From: Promethearchaeota archaeon
GTDB taxonomy: Archaea > Asgardarchaeota > Lokiarchaeia > Sigyniarchaeales > SOKP01
DNA length: 64,000 nucleotides
Direction: 5' to 3'
Assembly (NCBI GenBank): GCA_019058365.1
Contig: JAHPZE010000024.1
Coordinates: 1-64,000 of the forward strand
The position numbers were made by a program, and so were the translations under genes. The notes beneath the pieces were generated by a model. That model saw only the letters and a program-made list of their open reading frames with translations. It had not been told where the DNA came from and made no database searches. Below are positions 11,501 through 21,163 of this stretch, piece by piece (within the stretch, counting starts at the first letter, position 1; each line of letters opens with the position of its first letter).

Positions 11501-13561
11501 ATCAGAGTAAGTTACATTGAACTTAAATTGGGTTGTTTGGTCTCCTGAGGTAGGTGTAAGATTACTATCATAGAGGTTAGGATAAAAATCATTAGGTTGA
11601 GGCGGTAATGTAGCCGCTGGATCTCCCATAAGATTTAACTGATAATAGACCCATCTCATAGCTTCTTGATTAATAAAGCCAATATTATCTTCCTTTGAAT
11701 CTTGATTGGCTTTTCCGATTTCTTCTATGCCCTCATCAAAGATAGCATCAAAAAATTGACGATCATAATATTGAGAAGCACCATTTGTCCCCCATGGATC
11801 ACCCCATCCAAAACGACTATTGCCAATAAAAGCAAATGCACCATGAGGAGTAGTAACAAAATGCTCAACAATAGAATCATTAGCATGTACCATCCCCCAA
11901 GGACCTATGTTATCAAAAGCGCCATTATAACAACCTTGACTATACCCAAAAAAATAATGAGTATTTGTTAAAGAATCTGCATCAAAATTGTTCATTTTCA
12001 TCGAATATTCAACGTCGCAATGCCCTAAATGATTGATAATATGAATTCCATCATTAATTAAAGGCATTAAATCATCCTTATCCCAACTTAGTGGATATAT
12101 GTCACGATCATATAATGTTTCAACAAAATATCCCGGGGAAAAACCAGCTGTTATATACCCATTGTTAGTAGAACCATCTTTTACCTCATCTTTATAATCT
12201 CCTCCCCAAACATACCACCCTAAGTCTTCTCCAACCATTAAAACATCAGAAAGATAAGGATGAATTTCCACTTCGTGTGTGAGAGTTTTATAGACAAAAT
12301 TAGATAATTCTTCTTCAGAATCAACAGGAGCTCTTCCAACATATACCTCAGCAAATAAATCATCCTCACCAGGTTCACCCCACATGAGATCCTCATCGTC
12401 ATTCCAATTTCCATCCAAACCCGCATAATATAAATCAGAGGTTATATTAAAGTCAACCTCTCCATAAGCGGATGCATATAATCCTCGAGCTGGTATAATA
12501 TTATCCCCACTTTCACCACCAAGATTGACTCTATCTCCATCTCCGCCAAGTAAAACGTATTCAATTCCCCAAGTTTGATACGCATCAATAATAAAATTAC
12601 GAATTTTTTCTTGTTCATCATTACCAGGATAATTAGGATAAATATATTCTACAGTAATAATCCTTGTCTGTAAACCAGACGCATTTTTGGCAGCAGCTAA
12701 ATCTTGAAAAGTATAAGCTCCTGCAGAATTTTTTAAAGCCTCATTTGTGATAATTAAATAATTGTAGGTAGCCGAGGGTAAATCTAATTTTGGATTAATT
12801 AGGTTTTTTTGAATATTATTATTTCGGTAACTACCTAAAACTTCTGGATTATCTATTGTTTTAGCTACAAGCTTCTCATCTGTAACTAGATTCCTATGGA
12901 AAGTATTAATATTATCGGAACCTACTAAATTGATAGATATTAACATTTCCTTTACATATGATATTTCACCAATAGCGGGGAAATATTTTATTGGATATAA
13001 GTTAACAATAAGAATTCTATATCCTCTCAACTCATAAACACCAACCACAGAATCTAGTTCGTTGGGAAATGGTTCTGATGTTTGATATAAGTCTTTATCT
13101 AAGTTGAATTCAACCTGTTTATTACTACCAATAGGCACTTGTTCCTGGGCGGGTTCAATTAAAAAATCTCCATTTAAACTGTACCATTCTCCACTAAATA
13201 CTTCTATATTTTTTAAGTCTTTTCCATATGGTAGTAAAATTCTCACTGTTTTAAATGGTATCCTGGGTTTTCCTGTTTCAGCTAAATGACCTCCTCCACG
13301 TAAGTTAAGTTGTTGATATTCATCACCGTTCGGGGAATAACTATTCTCAATTTCAATTTCAGGTATTGATATTTTAAAATCAATATGATCATTTTCAGAG
13401 GAAAATAGAGTAGAGCTATTTAAGTTATCTTTAGATGTTAAAGTCAAATTTATATTATTTAGCCCAGCAGAAGTAAAAAATACTAAAATAAGAATCATTA
13501 TCAGTAAAATCTTATATTTTATACAATTCAATCTTATATTTTTCATTTCCATTTTCGCCAT
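8594..13561 (-). CDS. Gingipain-like (peptidase C25) multidomain surface protease with propeptide, NIDO-like domain, repeats, FN3-like domains and PGY-TM-basic anchor
   Basis: Propeptide GKPRIP; YVLLGGD, SDLYYA, VYVGRAP, NHLGH and SQGCYNG catalytic-type motifs, NLMGDP; LPFNFKFY...TNGFISF...IAPFWSDL; C-terminal GGGGIPGY-TM-RNRISKK. Confidence 0.9.
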   Translation of the reverse strand: MAKMEMKNIRLNCIKYKILLIMILILVFFTSAGLNNINLTLTSKDNLNSSTLFSSENDHIDFKISIPEIEIENSYSPNGDEYQQLNLRGGGHLAETGKPRIPFKTVRILLPYGKDLKNIEVFSGEWYSLNGDFLIEPAQEQVPIGSNKQVEFNLDKDLYQTSEPFPNELDSVVGVYELRGYRILIVNLYPIKYFPAIGEISYVKEMLISINLVGSDNINTFHRNLVTDEKLVAKTIDNPEVLGSYRNNNIQKNLINPKLDLPSATYNYLIITNEALKNSAGAYTFQDLAAAKNASGLQTRIITVEYIYPNYPGNDEQEKIRNFIIDAYQTWGIEYVLLGGDGDRVNLGGESGDNIIPARGLYASAYGEVDFNITSDLYYAGLDGNWNDDEDLMWGEPGEDDLFAEVYVGRAPVDSEEELSNFVYKTLTHEVEIHPYLSDVLMVGEDLGWYVWGGDYKDEVKDGSTNNGYITAGFSPGYFVETLYDRDIYPLSWDKDDLMPLINDGIHIINHLGHCDVEYSMKMNNFDADSLTNTHYFFGYSQGCYNGAFDNIGPWGMVHANDSIVEHFVTTPHGAFAFIGNSRFGWGDPWGTNGASQYYDRQFFDAIFDEGIEEIGKANQDSKEDNIGFINQEAMRWVYYQLNLMGDPAATLPPQPNDFYPNLYDSNLTPTSGDQTTQFKFNVTYSDADNNPPVYLDVIINGTSFPMEKEDILDDTYIDGCTYQFLTYLQPGNYIYSFEGADYKFSVNTSLSFGPIVSEKTNENSSILSDSQVIPNKGIKDLDIFEYSVTYTDADNNQPEYINITSNFGIFSMIKKDYIDSNYMDGCTYMYETTISEIGTYTYAFECSDGTYTDSLGPYLGPEVYEMINYTMIAHNSYSWIDATSGVRCSMDGRDDAAQRFNLPFNFKFYNETFDFIYICTNGFISFEYETAYWSVPFPTDQFEYMIAPFWSDLISDSPCNIYVRNVTTPSCVVIEWLNFDSLYGPLVGTFEVILFESGEIIFNYDYLDYIPTYTCGLNFGLDTRFYNSYQNFTDSTDEFSILFHAKPNDFAPKLSAGNVIPKIGYQNTLYNFSVIYSDQDDNNPIKMDVIINTIRYSMSKVDFNDNNYTDGCLYQFYTYLPSSTLNYSYYFKCDDGKYSDIIDVRNDLNVSKTNSVGPSLINGGVSPETGYQDATIFTFMVTYIDFDNNAPEYLNVEINSQIFPMIKNNYLDSDFMDGCVYIYSTILNDSCIYTYNFSCSDGTYTANNGPYSGPSVESCSLFDGMYMNYLFTQGVYNFDSNISYAFNSGNFFKTTWDIMGMQGHWDINVKTRLMTNVVSPGFMSNSHTPFWIFTNVHVNDHMLISVDGEGDYDFIVTDEFGYNFSTFGNIRIWELRDAANPKTVAWYEQSTGILLNGTFHYYGGNYSYAFTLLDTNVLFKENKFPSEFELQTDAESPDDDGSFNLWWSDSQGVINYSLYRHSSYIYEIDEEVTLLIEETTDMLVPLSGYSNGIYYFIVVAHNSYGDTKSNCIEVTVDIPHPPEPFDLSSDADIPYDSDGAFNLFWTESNGANNYSLFIHTNYITVINESVILVVEETTDQELLLSGYSNGRYYFIVVAYNDLGETLSNCISVVILYDGGGGGIPGYELLFIIGTLAITIILLRNRISKKIKNIY

Positions 13562-13785
13562 ATTGTTTTTTAATTTGGAAAAATGATTATTCCCAACTTT
13601 GAGATATAACTAATCATTTTCTTATTTATATTTTACACTTGATGTAAATTATTTCTTGATTCTAAATTACTTTTAACTTTTTAGGAATATTCCTATCTCA
13701 AGTTTTCTATAAAAATGATTATTAATGAATCTTTATAATAGTTCTCTCGTTTTATAACCTAAAGTACACTATCAAATTTTGGATT

Positions 13786-14283
13786 ATGGTAGATAAAGAA
13801 AAATTAATAGCTTTTGATACACGAAAATATCCCGTAAGGCCACATATAGGAGTAGGGGTATTATTAACACGGAATAATCATTTATTATTAGTAAAAAGAA
13901 AATACGATCCTGATGCAGGTTATTGGAGCATTCCTGGGGGACATTTAGATCTTGGAGAAAAAGTGGAAGTAGCGGCAGAGAGAGAAACATTTGAGGAAAC
14001 CGGGTTTAAAGTTAAGGTTTCAAGATTAGCTGGTATAATAGATAAGATTATGCATGATAATAAAGGAAAAATAAAATATCATTATGTGCTGATCAATTAT
14101 TTTGTAGAGCAAATAGGAGGAACTCCAAATCAGCCTCCTAAAGCTGCAGATGATGCTCTGGATGCCAAATTTGTTCCGTTTGATGAATTAAAGGATTATA
14201 ATTTAACCGAATCTTTAATTGAACTTCTAAAACAATTAAAAATTGGATATAACAAAAAAATATCTGTAATAAATGATTATTAG
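13786..14283 (+). CDS. NUDIX hydrolase
   Basis: Nudix box PGGHLDLGEKVEVAAERETFEETG. Confidence 0.93.
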   Translation: MVDKEKLIAFDTRKYPVRPHIGVGVLLTRNNHLLLVKRKYDPDAGYWSIPGGHLDLGEKVEVAAERETFEETGFKVKVSRLAGIIDKIMHDNKGKIKYHYVLINYFVEQIGGTPNQPPKAADDALDAKFVPFDELKDYNLTESLIELLKQLKIGYNKKISVINDY

Positions 14284-14411
14284 GCTTTTAATTGCCTTTT
14301 AAGATACTTTTTATTAAATCTGACAGAAATGTAAACATTTAAATGTTAAACCTTCATATTTAGACTTGCAACGAAATCTAATTACTAGAAATCATTAAAA
14401 AGGTATCGAAA

Positions 14412-14744
14412 ATTACATTTCTTTTTAACAGAGTATGGTTTCCACCAGATCAAACAAATAAAATAGCTAAGAGTTTTGTAGATTGGCTTAAAGATAATCC
14501 TCCCGATAAAACCGTAGAGAAAAACTTATGTATCGCCATTTCTTCCGATGAGAATGGAGATATACTCACTTATGGTATCGGTGAAATAATGAAATGAAAA
14601 GAAAAAGAAACTTTACAAATCAATACCAAACAAAATTTGTTCTTAGCATCCAAAACTGATGGTTTAAGATATAAAACCGAAATATTTATGGATTTTACTG
14701 AAGCTTTTAAGATATTAGACATGGCACCACCACCAGAAATATAA
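14412..14744 (+). pseudogene. Probable pseudogene paralogous to the downstream small protein (in-frame TGA at 14595, ATT in place of ATG)
   Basis: Frame reads ITFLFNRVWFPPDQ...GEIMK*KEKETL...FTEAFKILDMAPPPEI*, colinear with 14770-15090 (WQIKEGKLEQAL...FEEAAGIAGIKVPE). Confidence 0.7.
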
Positions 14745-14769
14745 AATATAAATAAAAGAGGTATGTAAT

Positions 14770-15090
14770 ATGCCATATATAATTGCTACAATGAAGTATC
14801 CAAGCCATATGCAGAATGAGGTTGTAAAAAAATACCTTCAAATATCATCTAAATACTCTCCTGATGAAAATGTCGCAGAGCAACTTTGTGCACCTGTGAC
14901 GACAACTGAACATGGAGTAAAAGTTATGAGTATTTGGCAAATAAAAGAGGGAAAACTTGAACAAGCATTAGCTTATTATAGAAGATACTTTTATGAATTT
15001 ATTAATATTAAAAATTGTGAATATTCGGTAGATGTGTGGTATACATTTGAAGAAGCAGCTGGAATTGCTGGAATTAAAGTTCCTGAATAA
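14770..15090 (+). CDS. Small hypothetical protein
   Basis: 106-aa ORF preceded by SD-like GAGGT; has an upstream paralog. Confidence 0.8.
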   Translation: MPYIIATMKYPSHMQNEVVKKYLQISSKYSPDENVAEQLCAPVTTTEHGVKVMSIWQIKEGKLEQALAYYRRYFYEFINIKNCEYSVDVWYTFEEAAGIAGIKVPE

Positions 15091-15247
15091 TAAAATAATA
15101 ATTAACCTTTTTTTTCATTTATTGAGAGCTTAGTCTGTAAGAACTTTTAATTAATAAAACAAAAGAATATTATTTTATCATTCTTATTTTCTCATAGAGT
15201 AGAATTTAAAGAATTAAGAAAATTAAAATTGTAGAGGAGTCTCTATA

Positions 15248-16564
15248 ATGCCCACCTTGATGAAAATTGCTAAGAACGGGAATACTACCAGAGAAATGGA
15301 AATTGTTGCTAAAAATGAGCAAATTGAAATTGATCACATAAGACGGGGGATAGAAAAAGGAAGAATTGTTATACCTAAATCAAATAGAAGAGAATTAGAT
15401 CCACCTATTGGAATAGGAAAGGGATTATTAGTAAAGATTAACGCGAATGTTGGTTCTTCTAAAACTGTTTGCAATATCGATGAAGAAGTTGAAAAAGCTA
15501 AAATAGCTGTTAAATATGGTGCAGATACAGTTATGGATTTAAGTACTGGTATAACAGAATCAAATATTCAGACAATTAGAAAGCGTATACTTAATGAACT
15601 TAAGGTTCCTATAGGAACTGTACCTATATATCAGTCTGCTCTGAGAGCTATCGAAACTAAAGGAGCTATTATCCATATGGATGAAGATGATATGTTCGAT
15701 GTAATCGAAGAACAAGCAAAAGAAGGTGTTGATTTCTTTACCATCCATGTTGGAGTAACAAAAGAAATTATAAATTATTTAGTTGATCATCCTCGAACAA
15801 TGGGAGTAGTTTCACGGGGAGGTACTTTCTTAGCATCTTGGATTTTAGAAAATGAGATGGAAAATCCATTTAATCGCAGGTATGATTATTTACTTGAACT
15901 AGCTCAAGAATATGATTTCACATTATCATTAGGAGATGGTTTGAGGCCTGGTTGTATCTTTGATTCTACAGATTATGCCCAGATACAAGAATTACTGGAG
16001 ATTTCCAAATTAGTAAAGCGAGCATGGAAAGCAGATGTTCAAGTTATGGTTGAAGGTCCAGGTCATATTCCTGCTAATGAAATAGAGACAAATATCCAGT
16101 TACAAAAATCTCTTTGTGATAAGGCACCTTTTTATGTATTAGGACCGTTAGTTACCGATATAGCTCCTGGTTATGATGATCTTGTAAGTGCAATTGGAGG
16201 AACTATAGCAGGATTAGCAGGAGCTGATTATTTGTGCTATGTGACCCCATCAGAACATCTAGGTCTTCCTACAAAAGAGGAAGTCAAAAGGGGTGTTATT
16301 GCATCTAAAATTGCTGCTCATGCCGTAAATATTGCCAAATATGGTAAACGAGCTTCAAATTGGGATTATAAAATGGACATTGCCCGAAAGAATTTAGATT
16401 GGGAAGGTATGATTCAACAATCAATTGATCCTGAATTAGCAAGAGAAATTCATTACAGAAATGGAAATTCTATTGATAATGAAGTGTGTAGTATGTGCGG
16501 AGAATTCTGTGCTATAAAACTTTTAAAAGATACTTTAGAAAGCAAGAAAAAGTCTAAAAAGTAG
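15248..16564 (+). CDS. thiC: Phosphomethylpyrimidine synthase ThiC
   Basis: KINANVG, GADTVMDLS, SRGG, LSLGDGLRPG, EGPGH, C-terminal CSMCGEFC. Confidence 0.96.
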   Translation: MPTLMKIAKNGNTTREMEIVAKNEQIEIDHIRRGIEKGRIVIPKSNRRELDPPIGIGKGLLVKINANVGSSKTVCNIDEEVEKAKIAVKYGADTVMDLSTGITESNIQTIRKRILNELKVPIGTVPIYQSALRAIETKGAIIHMDEDDMFDVIEEQAKEGVDFFTIHVGVTKEIINYLVDHPRTMGVVSRGGTFLASWILENEMENPFNRRYDYLLELAQEYDFTLSLGDGLRPGCIFDSTDYAQIQELLEISKLVKRAWKADVQVMVEGPGHIPANEIETNIQLQKSLCDKAPFYVLGPLVTDIAPGYDDLVSAIGGTIAGLAGADYLCYVTPSEHLGLPTKEEVKRGVIASKIAAHAVNIAKYGKRASNWDYKMDIARKNLDWEGMIQQSIDPELAREIHYRNGNSIDNEVCSMCGEFCAIKLLKDTLESKKKSKK

Positions 16565-16578
16565 AAGTAAGCTCTTTT

Positions 16579-17259
16579 TTACTCTATACCTAAGGCATTA
16601 GGACACAATTTACGGCATAAATTACATCTTTTTAAAGTGTAACCTTTTTCTGTTTGATAAATAGATTGTTGTCTACACGCTTTTTGGTCAACTGTTATTC
16701 CATTTAATGCCCCTTGAGGGCATGAATCGAGACAAATTTGGCAATCTGGGATACATCCTTCATAATTTGCCAACTCATCACCTTTTAACTCAATATTTAA
16801 TAAGACTGCACCTAATTGGATCATATTTCCATATTTTTCATTCATTAATAATGTATTTTTTCCTAAGATACCCAATCCTGCAAAATAACCTGCGTGTCTT
16901 AATGATAAAATTGCTCTACCATAAGCGCGTTCAGATTCCCAATGTTCATAAGGATCGTCAGAAGGGATAGGAACGCAACCGATATCTATTTCTTCAAACA
17001 CCTTCATAATTTTTAATGTTAAAGCATCTACTTCATTAATAATTATAGAGTTAAAGTGGGAATAAGGTACATAATTCATTGCTAAAAGGGGTGAGTGAGG
17101 GACTTTTTTAGCAAAGACAATTACAGTTTTGCACTCTTTATATATATCTAAAGGGTTAAACCCAATAGGAGCTTCGTTAAATCTTTCAATAGGGGCAAAT
17201 CCACAAAGATCAGCCCCAAGTTCTTTAATTTGTTTTTTAATTATTAGTGGATCAATCAT
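16579..17259 (-). CDS. QueG/reductive-dehalogenase-like 4Fe-4S protein
   Basis: LGADLCG, SLRHAGYFAGLG.LGKN, CxxxCxxCxxxCP and CxxCxxxCP clusters. Confidence 0.85.
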   Translation of the reverse strand: MIDPLIIKKQIKELGADLCGFAPIERFNEAPIGFNPLDIYKECKTVIVFAKKVPHSPLLAMNYVPYSHFNSIIINEVDALTLKIMKVFEEIDIGCVPIPSDDPYEHWESERAYGRAILSLRHAGYFAGLGILGKNTLLMNEKYGNMIQLGAVLLNIELKGDELANYEGCIPDCQICLDSCPQGALNGITVDQKACRQQSIYQTEKGYTLKRCNLCRKLCPNALGIE

Positions 17260-17313
17260 GATATATATTTATTGATTTTAGATTCTTATAAAATAGAGAT
17301 CATTTAAGTTTAA

Positions 17314-18717
17314 TTAGTTGGAAATTGCGTCAACTATTATCTTAAGTTTAATTATCATATCTTTAGAATTTTTACCAAATAATCTCATCATAGGTTCCTT
17401 CCCAATAGCCCCTTTATCCCAAATTATATCGGGAATTTTACCAATTTTATCTATACTTTCTTTAATTAACCATTGCATCGTAGAAAACTCTTTCTTTTTA
17501 ATTTCTTCTGGTTGTTCCTCCCTAATAATTTCCTTTAATTCTAGATCTGTGTATTCTTCAATTAAAGTTATCCAATTTGGATCATATTTTAAATTCATTA
17601 CGAAATTAATAGAATTATCAAATTTTTTCGCAGAAAGAATTAATCTAGCAGTGTGATCAGATACTCCAAATTTAATCTCGCCTGAAGCTTTTGGAAACCC
17701 ATTTACAATAGTTATTCTTCCTTCTATACCTGCTATATCTTCTTTTGTAACAGCGTCTGTAAGTGAACCAGATATATTCATTCTTACTTCAGGAATTAAT
17801 AAGCTAAAATTTTTTGATTGGGAGATAATATTGTAGATCTCTTTTATCTGATTTATAACGGTAAAACGCTCATCGGTGATAGTTAAATCAATCAATTTTC
17901 CGTTATCTGGCAGTTCGATGAAAGATTGAAACTTATTATCAAAAAATTCTTCTGCTTTAATGATAGCATCATTTAAAGAACAATCCCTAGCTAAAAATGC
18001 TGCAATCGCAGAAGAAAATACACACCCCGTCCCATGAACATTACCTTTAAATATTACTTTTTTTTTTTTGAATATCTGAAATTCTCTCTGCATTAGACCA
18101 TTTGTCCTTTTATTCATCAGAGCTAAGTCTAAAATATTATCTCGATTATTTTTAATACCTTTAATAACTACTGCTTTTTCATTATGCTGTGACTCTTTAT
18201 TTATATACAATTTATTAAGTAAAATTTCAGCTACTTCCTTGATGCTTTCAATATCCTTTTCTTTATCATTGCTTAAATTTCTATTTGAATAGAATGCGGC
18301 TTCAACAATATTAGGTGTAATTACTTTTGCATACGGAAATAATATTCTTTCAATCTCTAATTCTAAACGCTCACTAGATAATCTTTCTCCAGCACTAGAA
18401 ACTGAAACAGTATCGAGTATAACATTCAAATTATATTTCTTAATAAAATCTACAATGATATCTAGTGCTTTAACATCTGGAATCATACCAATTTTTACAT
18501 ATTTTATAGGATAGGCGGTTAATACAGTATCTAATTGCTTATCTAATATATCTGAAAGAGATTTATATCCATAAAATTTAGTAGCTGTTTGATAAGTTAT
18601 CGCAGTAATAACAGAAAATGGGTGAACTCCACATCTGTCAAATGTTCTTATATCTGCTTGAAATCCAGCACCAGAAGTAGGATCTGCTCCTGCTATCGTT
18701 AGACAAATAGGTTTCAT
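17314..18717 (-). CDS. thiDN: Bifunctional HMP/HMP-P kinase - thiamine-phosphate synthase (ThiD-ThiN fusion)
   Basis: TIAGADPTSGAG, HGTGC (ThiD); LIPEVRMN, GRI, FGVSDHTAR, D.G..GKEPM (ThiN). Confidence 0.92.
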   Translation of the reverse strand: MKPICLTIAGADPTSGAGFQADIRTFDRCGVHPFSVITAITYQTATKFYGYKSLSDILDKQLDTVLTAYPIKYVKIGMIPDVKALDIIVDFIKKYNLNVILDTVSVSSAGERLSSERLELEIERILFPYAKVITPNIVEAAFYSNRNLSNDKEKDIESIKEVAEILLNKLYINKESQHNEKAVVIKGIKNNRDNILDLALMNKRTNGLMQREFQIFKKKKVIFKGNVHGTGCVFSSAIAAFLARDCSLNDAIIKAEEFFDNKFQSFIELPDNGKLIDLTITDERFTVINQIKEIYNIISQSKNFSLLIPEVRMNISGSLTDAVTKEDIAGIEGRITIVNGFPKASGEIKFGVSDHTARLILSAKKFDNSINFVMNLKYDPNWITLIEEYTDLELKEIIREEQPEEIKKKEFSTMQWLIKESIDKIGKIPDIIWDKGAIGKEPMMRLFGKNSKDMIIKLKIIVDAISN

Positions 18718-18800
18718 AATAATTGTAGGTTAAAAACCAATAAAATTGTTTGCTTTATTTCATAATAATACAATAGTTGAGATAATAAGCGATAAAAAAA

Positions 18801-19388
18801 CTAGTCTTGGGGGGATGAAATCCTATCATAAGCCCATTGGGCTTTATCTTTGAGACCAAGTTTTTCATACGATTTTCCTAAATATAAAAATCCATCAGGA
18901 TAATTATATCTAATTTTAACTAATTTAAAGAAAAAGTTGATTGCCATGTCATATCGTCCTTTTAGATAATTTGCTTTTCCTAATAGATAAAGAATATTTA
19001 AATCTCTCTCATCAGTAGAATTTTCATTATATATATCTAAAAGTTTTTCTATTGCCTCATCAAACTTTTCTACTTTAATCAAATGTTCAATAGATTCAAC
19101 TAATTTAAGATTTAGGATTTTATCTGCAACTTGTTGCATTTTTTTTCTTGATTCTTTTTGTAATTTTTTATTTAGTGCAGCCTGTTTTTCTTCTTCTTTC
19201 TTATCTTTATAATCCTTAAACTGATCAATTAAACTCTGAGGATATGGCTCACTACATAATGGACAATTTTGTGAGTGTAATAACCATTCAGCTAGACAGG
19301 TTTTGTGAACAAGATGTAAATTCTTACAAGATTTAAAAGAATCTGTGTTCTCATTTATATTTAAATGGCAAATTATACAAGAAGGCAT
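18801..19388 (-). CDS. RING-H2 finger + TPR protein (putative E3 ligase)
   Basis: CxxC-x13-C-x3-H-x2-H-x2-C-x3-WL-x5-CPLC followed by a coiled segment and TPRs. Confidence 0.85.
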   Translation of the reverse strand: MPSCIICHLNINENTDSFKSCKNLHLVHKTCLAEWLLHSQNCPLCSEPYPQSLIDQFKDYKDKKEEEKQAALNKKLQKESRKKMQQVADKILNLKLVESIEHLIKVEKFDEAIEKLLDIYNENSTDERDLNILYLLGKANYLKGRYDMAINFFFKLVKIRYNYPDGFLYLGKSYEKLGLKDKAQWAYDRISSPQD

Positions 19389-19576
19389 TATTTTTTATTT
19401 TATTTTTTTTGAAAATTTTCAGTACTCAAGGTAGAATATAATAAATTAAAAAAAATAGCAATTTATAAGAATATGTATTTCGAAACAACGATTTAATAAA
19501 TAATAAAAATAACTTTTTTTATAGGTATTATAAGGAAAACAATACCAATAAAAATATATAAGAGTAAAAAAAATTC

Positions 19577-21163
19577 ATGTCAATAAATAGGAATCAACTC
19601 TTTACTGAATTATTCAACCAATTCTTAGAAGTAAATAAAGAAGCAGAGGCTGTAATTGTAAGTGACCAACAGGGTTTAGTGATTGCAGGTGAAAAAAGAA
19701 GCGATGTAGATATAGAAATCGTCTCAGTTTTAACTTCTATCATAAATCCGATTGTTGAAAGAATTCGTGATGAATTTATGTTTAAAAAATTTGGTACCGC
19801 AAGCTTCGATACTGAATTCTACAGATTATTATTTATTTCTTTAGATGAGCATAGAACTCTTAGTGTGGTATTAAATAATTTAGCGTCGATCGATAAAGCT
19901 AGTCCATATGCATATCTCTTAGCAGAAAAATCTGTACAAATTCTTAACGCAGAAGAGGGTGATAAGATCCAACTTGCAGTACCAAATTTTGAATATGAAA
20001 CGGATGAGATATCACGTAATGATAGGGTTAAGAATCAAATCTATCAAATGAGATTAGATCAAGGAGGAAAATATAGGTTTAAATTTGTTATCATCGGAGA
20101 TCATGAAGTAGGTAAAACATCTTTAGTACGACGTTTTGTAGAAAATAGATTTTCTCATGATTATCGTGCTACAATAGGATTAAACATTTTATCACATTCT
20201 ATAGGATTTTTTGGGAATGAAATCATTTACAGTCTGTGGGACGTAGGAGCTCAAGTTTATTTCAAACGCTTTCGCCAAACTTATTATTTAGGTACCCAGG
20301 CAGCATTTATTGTATTTGATTTAACAAATAAAGAATCCTATGAGAATGTAAAACAATGGTATGCTGAATTGGAAGAATTTATTGGTGGTAGGGAAATTCC
20401 TATCATAATTATTGGAAATAAATGTGATTTGAAGGAACAACGAGTTGTAGAATATCAAGATGGTGTACAACTAGTAAATAGATTATCCCAAAAACCTAAC
20501 ATCAAAATTTCCTATATTGAGACTAGTGCTTTATCGGGGGAGAATGTGGAAGATGCCTTTACTTTAATAGCATTTCATTATATCTCTAAAAGTAAAGAAG
20601 AAGAAGAGGATATTGTTAAGCAAGATCTATTAGAAGAACTTAATTTGATTATAATGAAAAGAAAACAAGAAGTAAAAGATCAAAGCTCATTATTAACCTT
20701 AACAGTTATATCAGAAAATGAATTTTGGAGCCCTGGGCTTCAGATACTCTCTGAAATCAATATTTCAAACGAATGTGAGAAAATAAAGGATGAAAGGGAC
20801 GAGAAATTCTATAAATTTTCAAATGGAGTAATAGTAAAAAATTTTCTTTATAATAATTTTGATGTTACTAGTTCTGATGGAGTATTTTGTATTTTCGATG
20901 CGCGAGAAAAAGAACATATAATGCAAGATTGGAAAAATGTTGTTGCAAAAATTATAAACGAAATTGGAGAGAATAAAGTGGTATTGATAGGAATTAGGGT
21001 GTCAGATAAAAGCGACTGGTCAGTAATCATGGAAGACTTTAATGTTAACGAATTATTGGAAAAAAAGATGGTATCATTATTATTCTTCAAAATAGGACTT
21101 GAATATAGACTAGAAATTTACGATCAATTAAAGGTTATGTTAAACACAATTAAATATCTTTAA
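19577..21163 (+). CDS. Roadblock domain - Rab-like small GTPase - degenerate GTPase-like domain fusion
   Basis: AVIVSDQQGLVIA (roadblock); GDHEVGKT, YRATIG, WDVGAQ, GNKCD, ETSAL; C-terminal DGVFCIFDA...VLIGIR. Confidence 0.88.
   Translation: MSINRNQLFTELFNQFLEVNKEAEAVIVSDQQGLVIAGEKRSDVDIEIVSVLTSIINPIVERIRDEFMFKKFGTASFDTEFYRLLFISLDEHRTLSVVLNNLASIDKASPYAYLLAEKSVQILNAEEGDKIQLAVPNFEYETDEISRNDRVKNQIYQMRLDQGGKYRFKFVIIGDHEVGKTSLVRRFVENRFSHDYRATIGLNILSHSIGFFGNEIIYSLWDVGAQVYFKRFRQTYYLGTQAAFIVFDLTNKESYENVKQWYAELEEFIGGREIPIIIIGNKCDLKEQRVVEYQDGVQLVNRLSQKPNIKISYIETSALSGENVEDAFTLIAFHYISKSKEEEEDIVKQDLLEELNLIIMKRKQEVKDQSSLLTLTVISENEFWSPGLQILSEINISNECEKIKDERDEKFYKFSNGVIVKNFLYNNFDVTSSDGVFCIFDAREKEHIMQDWKNVVAKIINEIGENKVVLIGIRVSDKSDWSVIMEDFNVNELLEKKMVSLLFFKIGLEYRLEIYDQLKVMLNTIKYL

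Noticed and set aside
13575-13612. Possible third ppa tail (gattattcccaac)
   Set aside because: Match is too short for AT-rich DNA and gives no colinear peptide
14595-14597. In-frame TGA as selenocysteine
   Set aside because: Aligns to Gly rather than Cys in the paralog, has no redox motif, and no SECIS-like hairpin was recognised nearby
15091-15247. TPP riboswitch upstream of thiC
   Set aside because: Region is AT-rich and lacks the conserved CUGAGA/GAU...AGCG core
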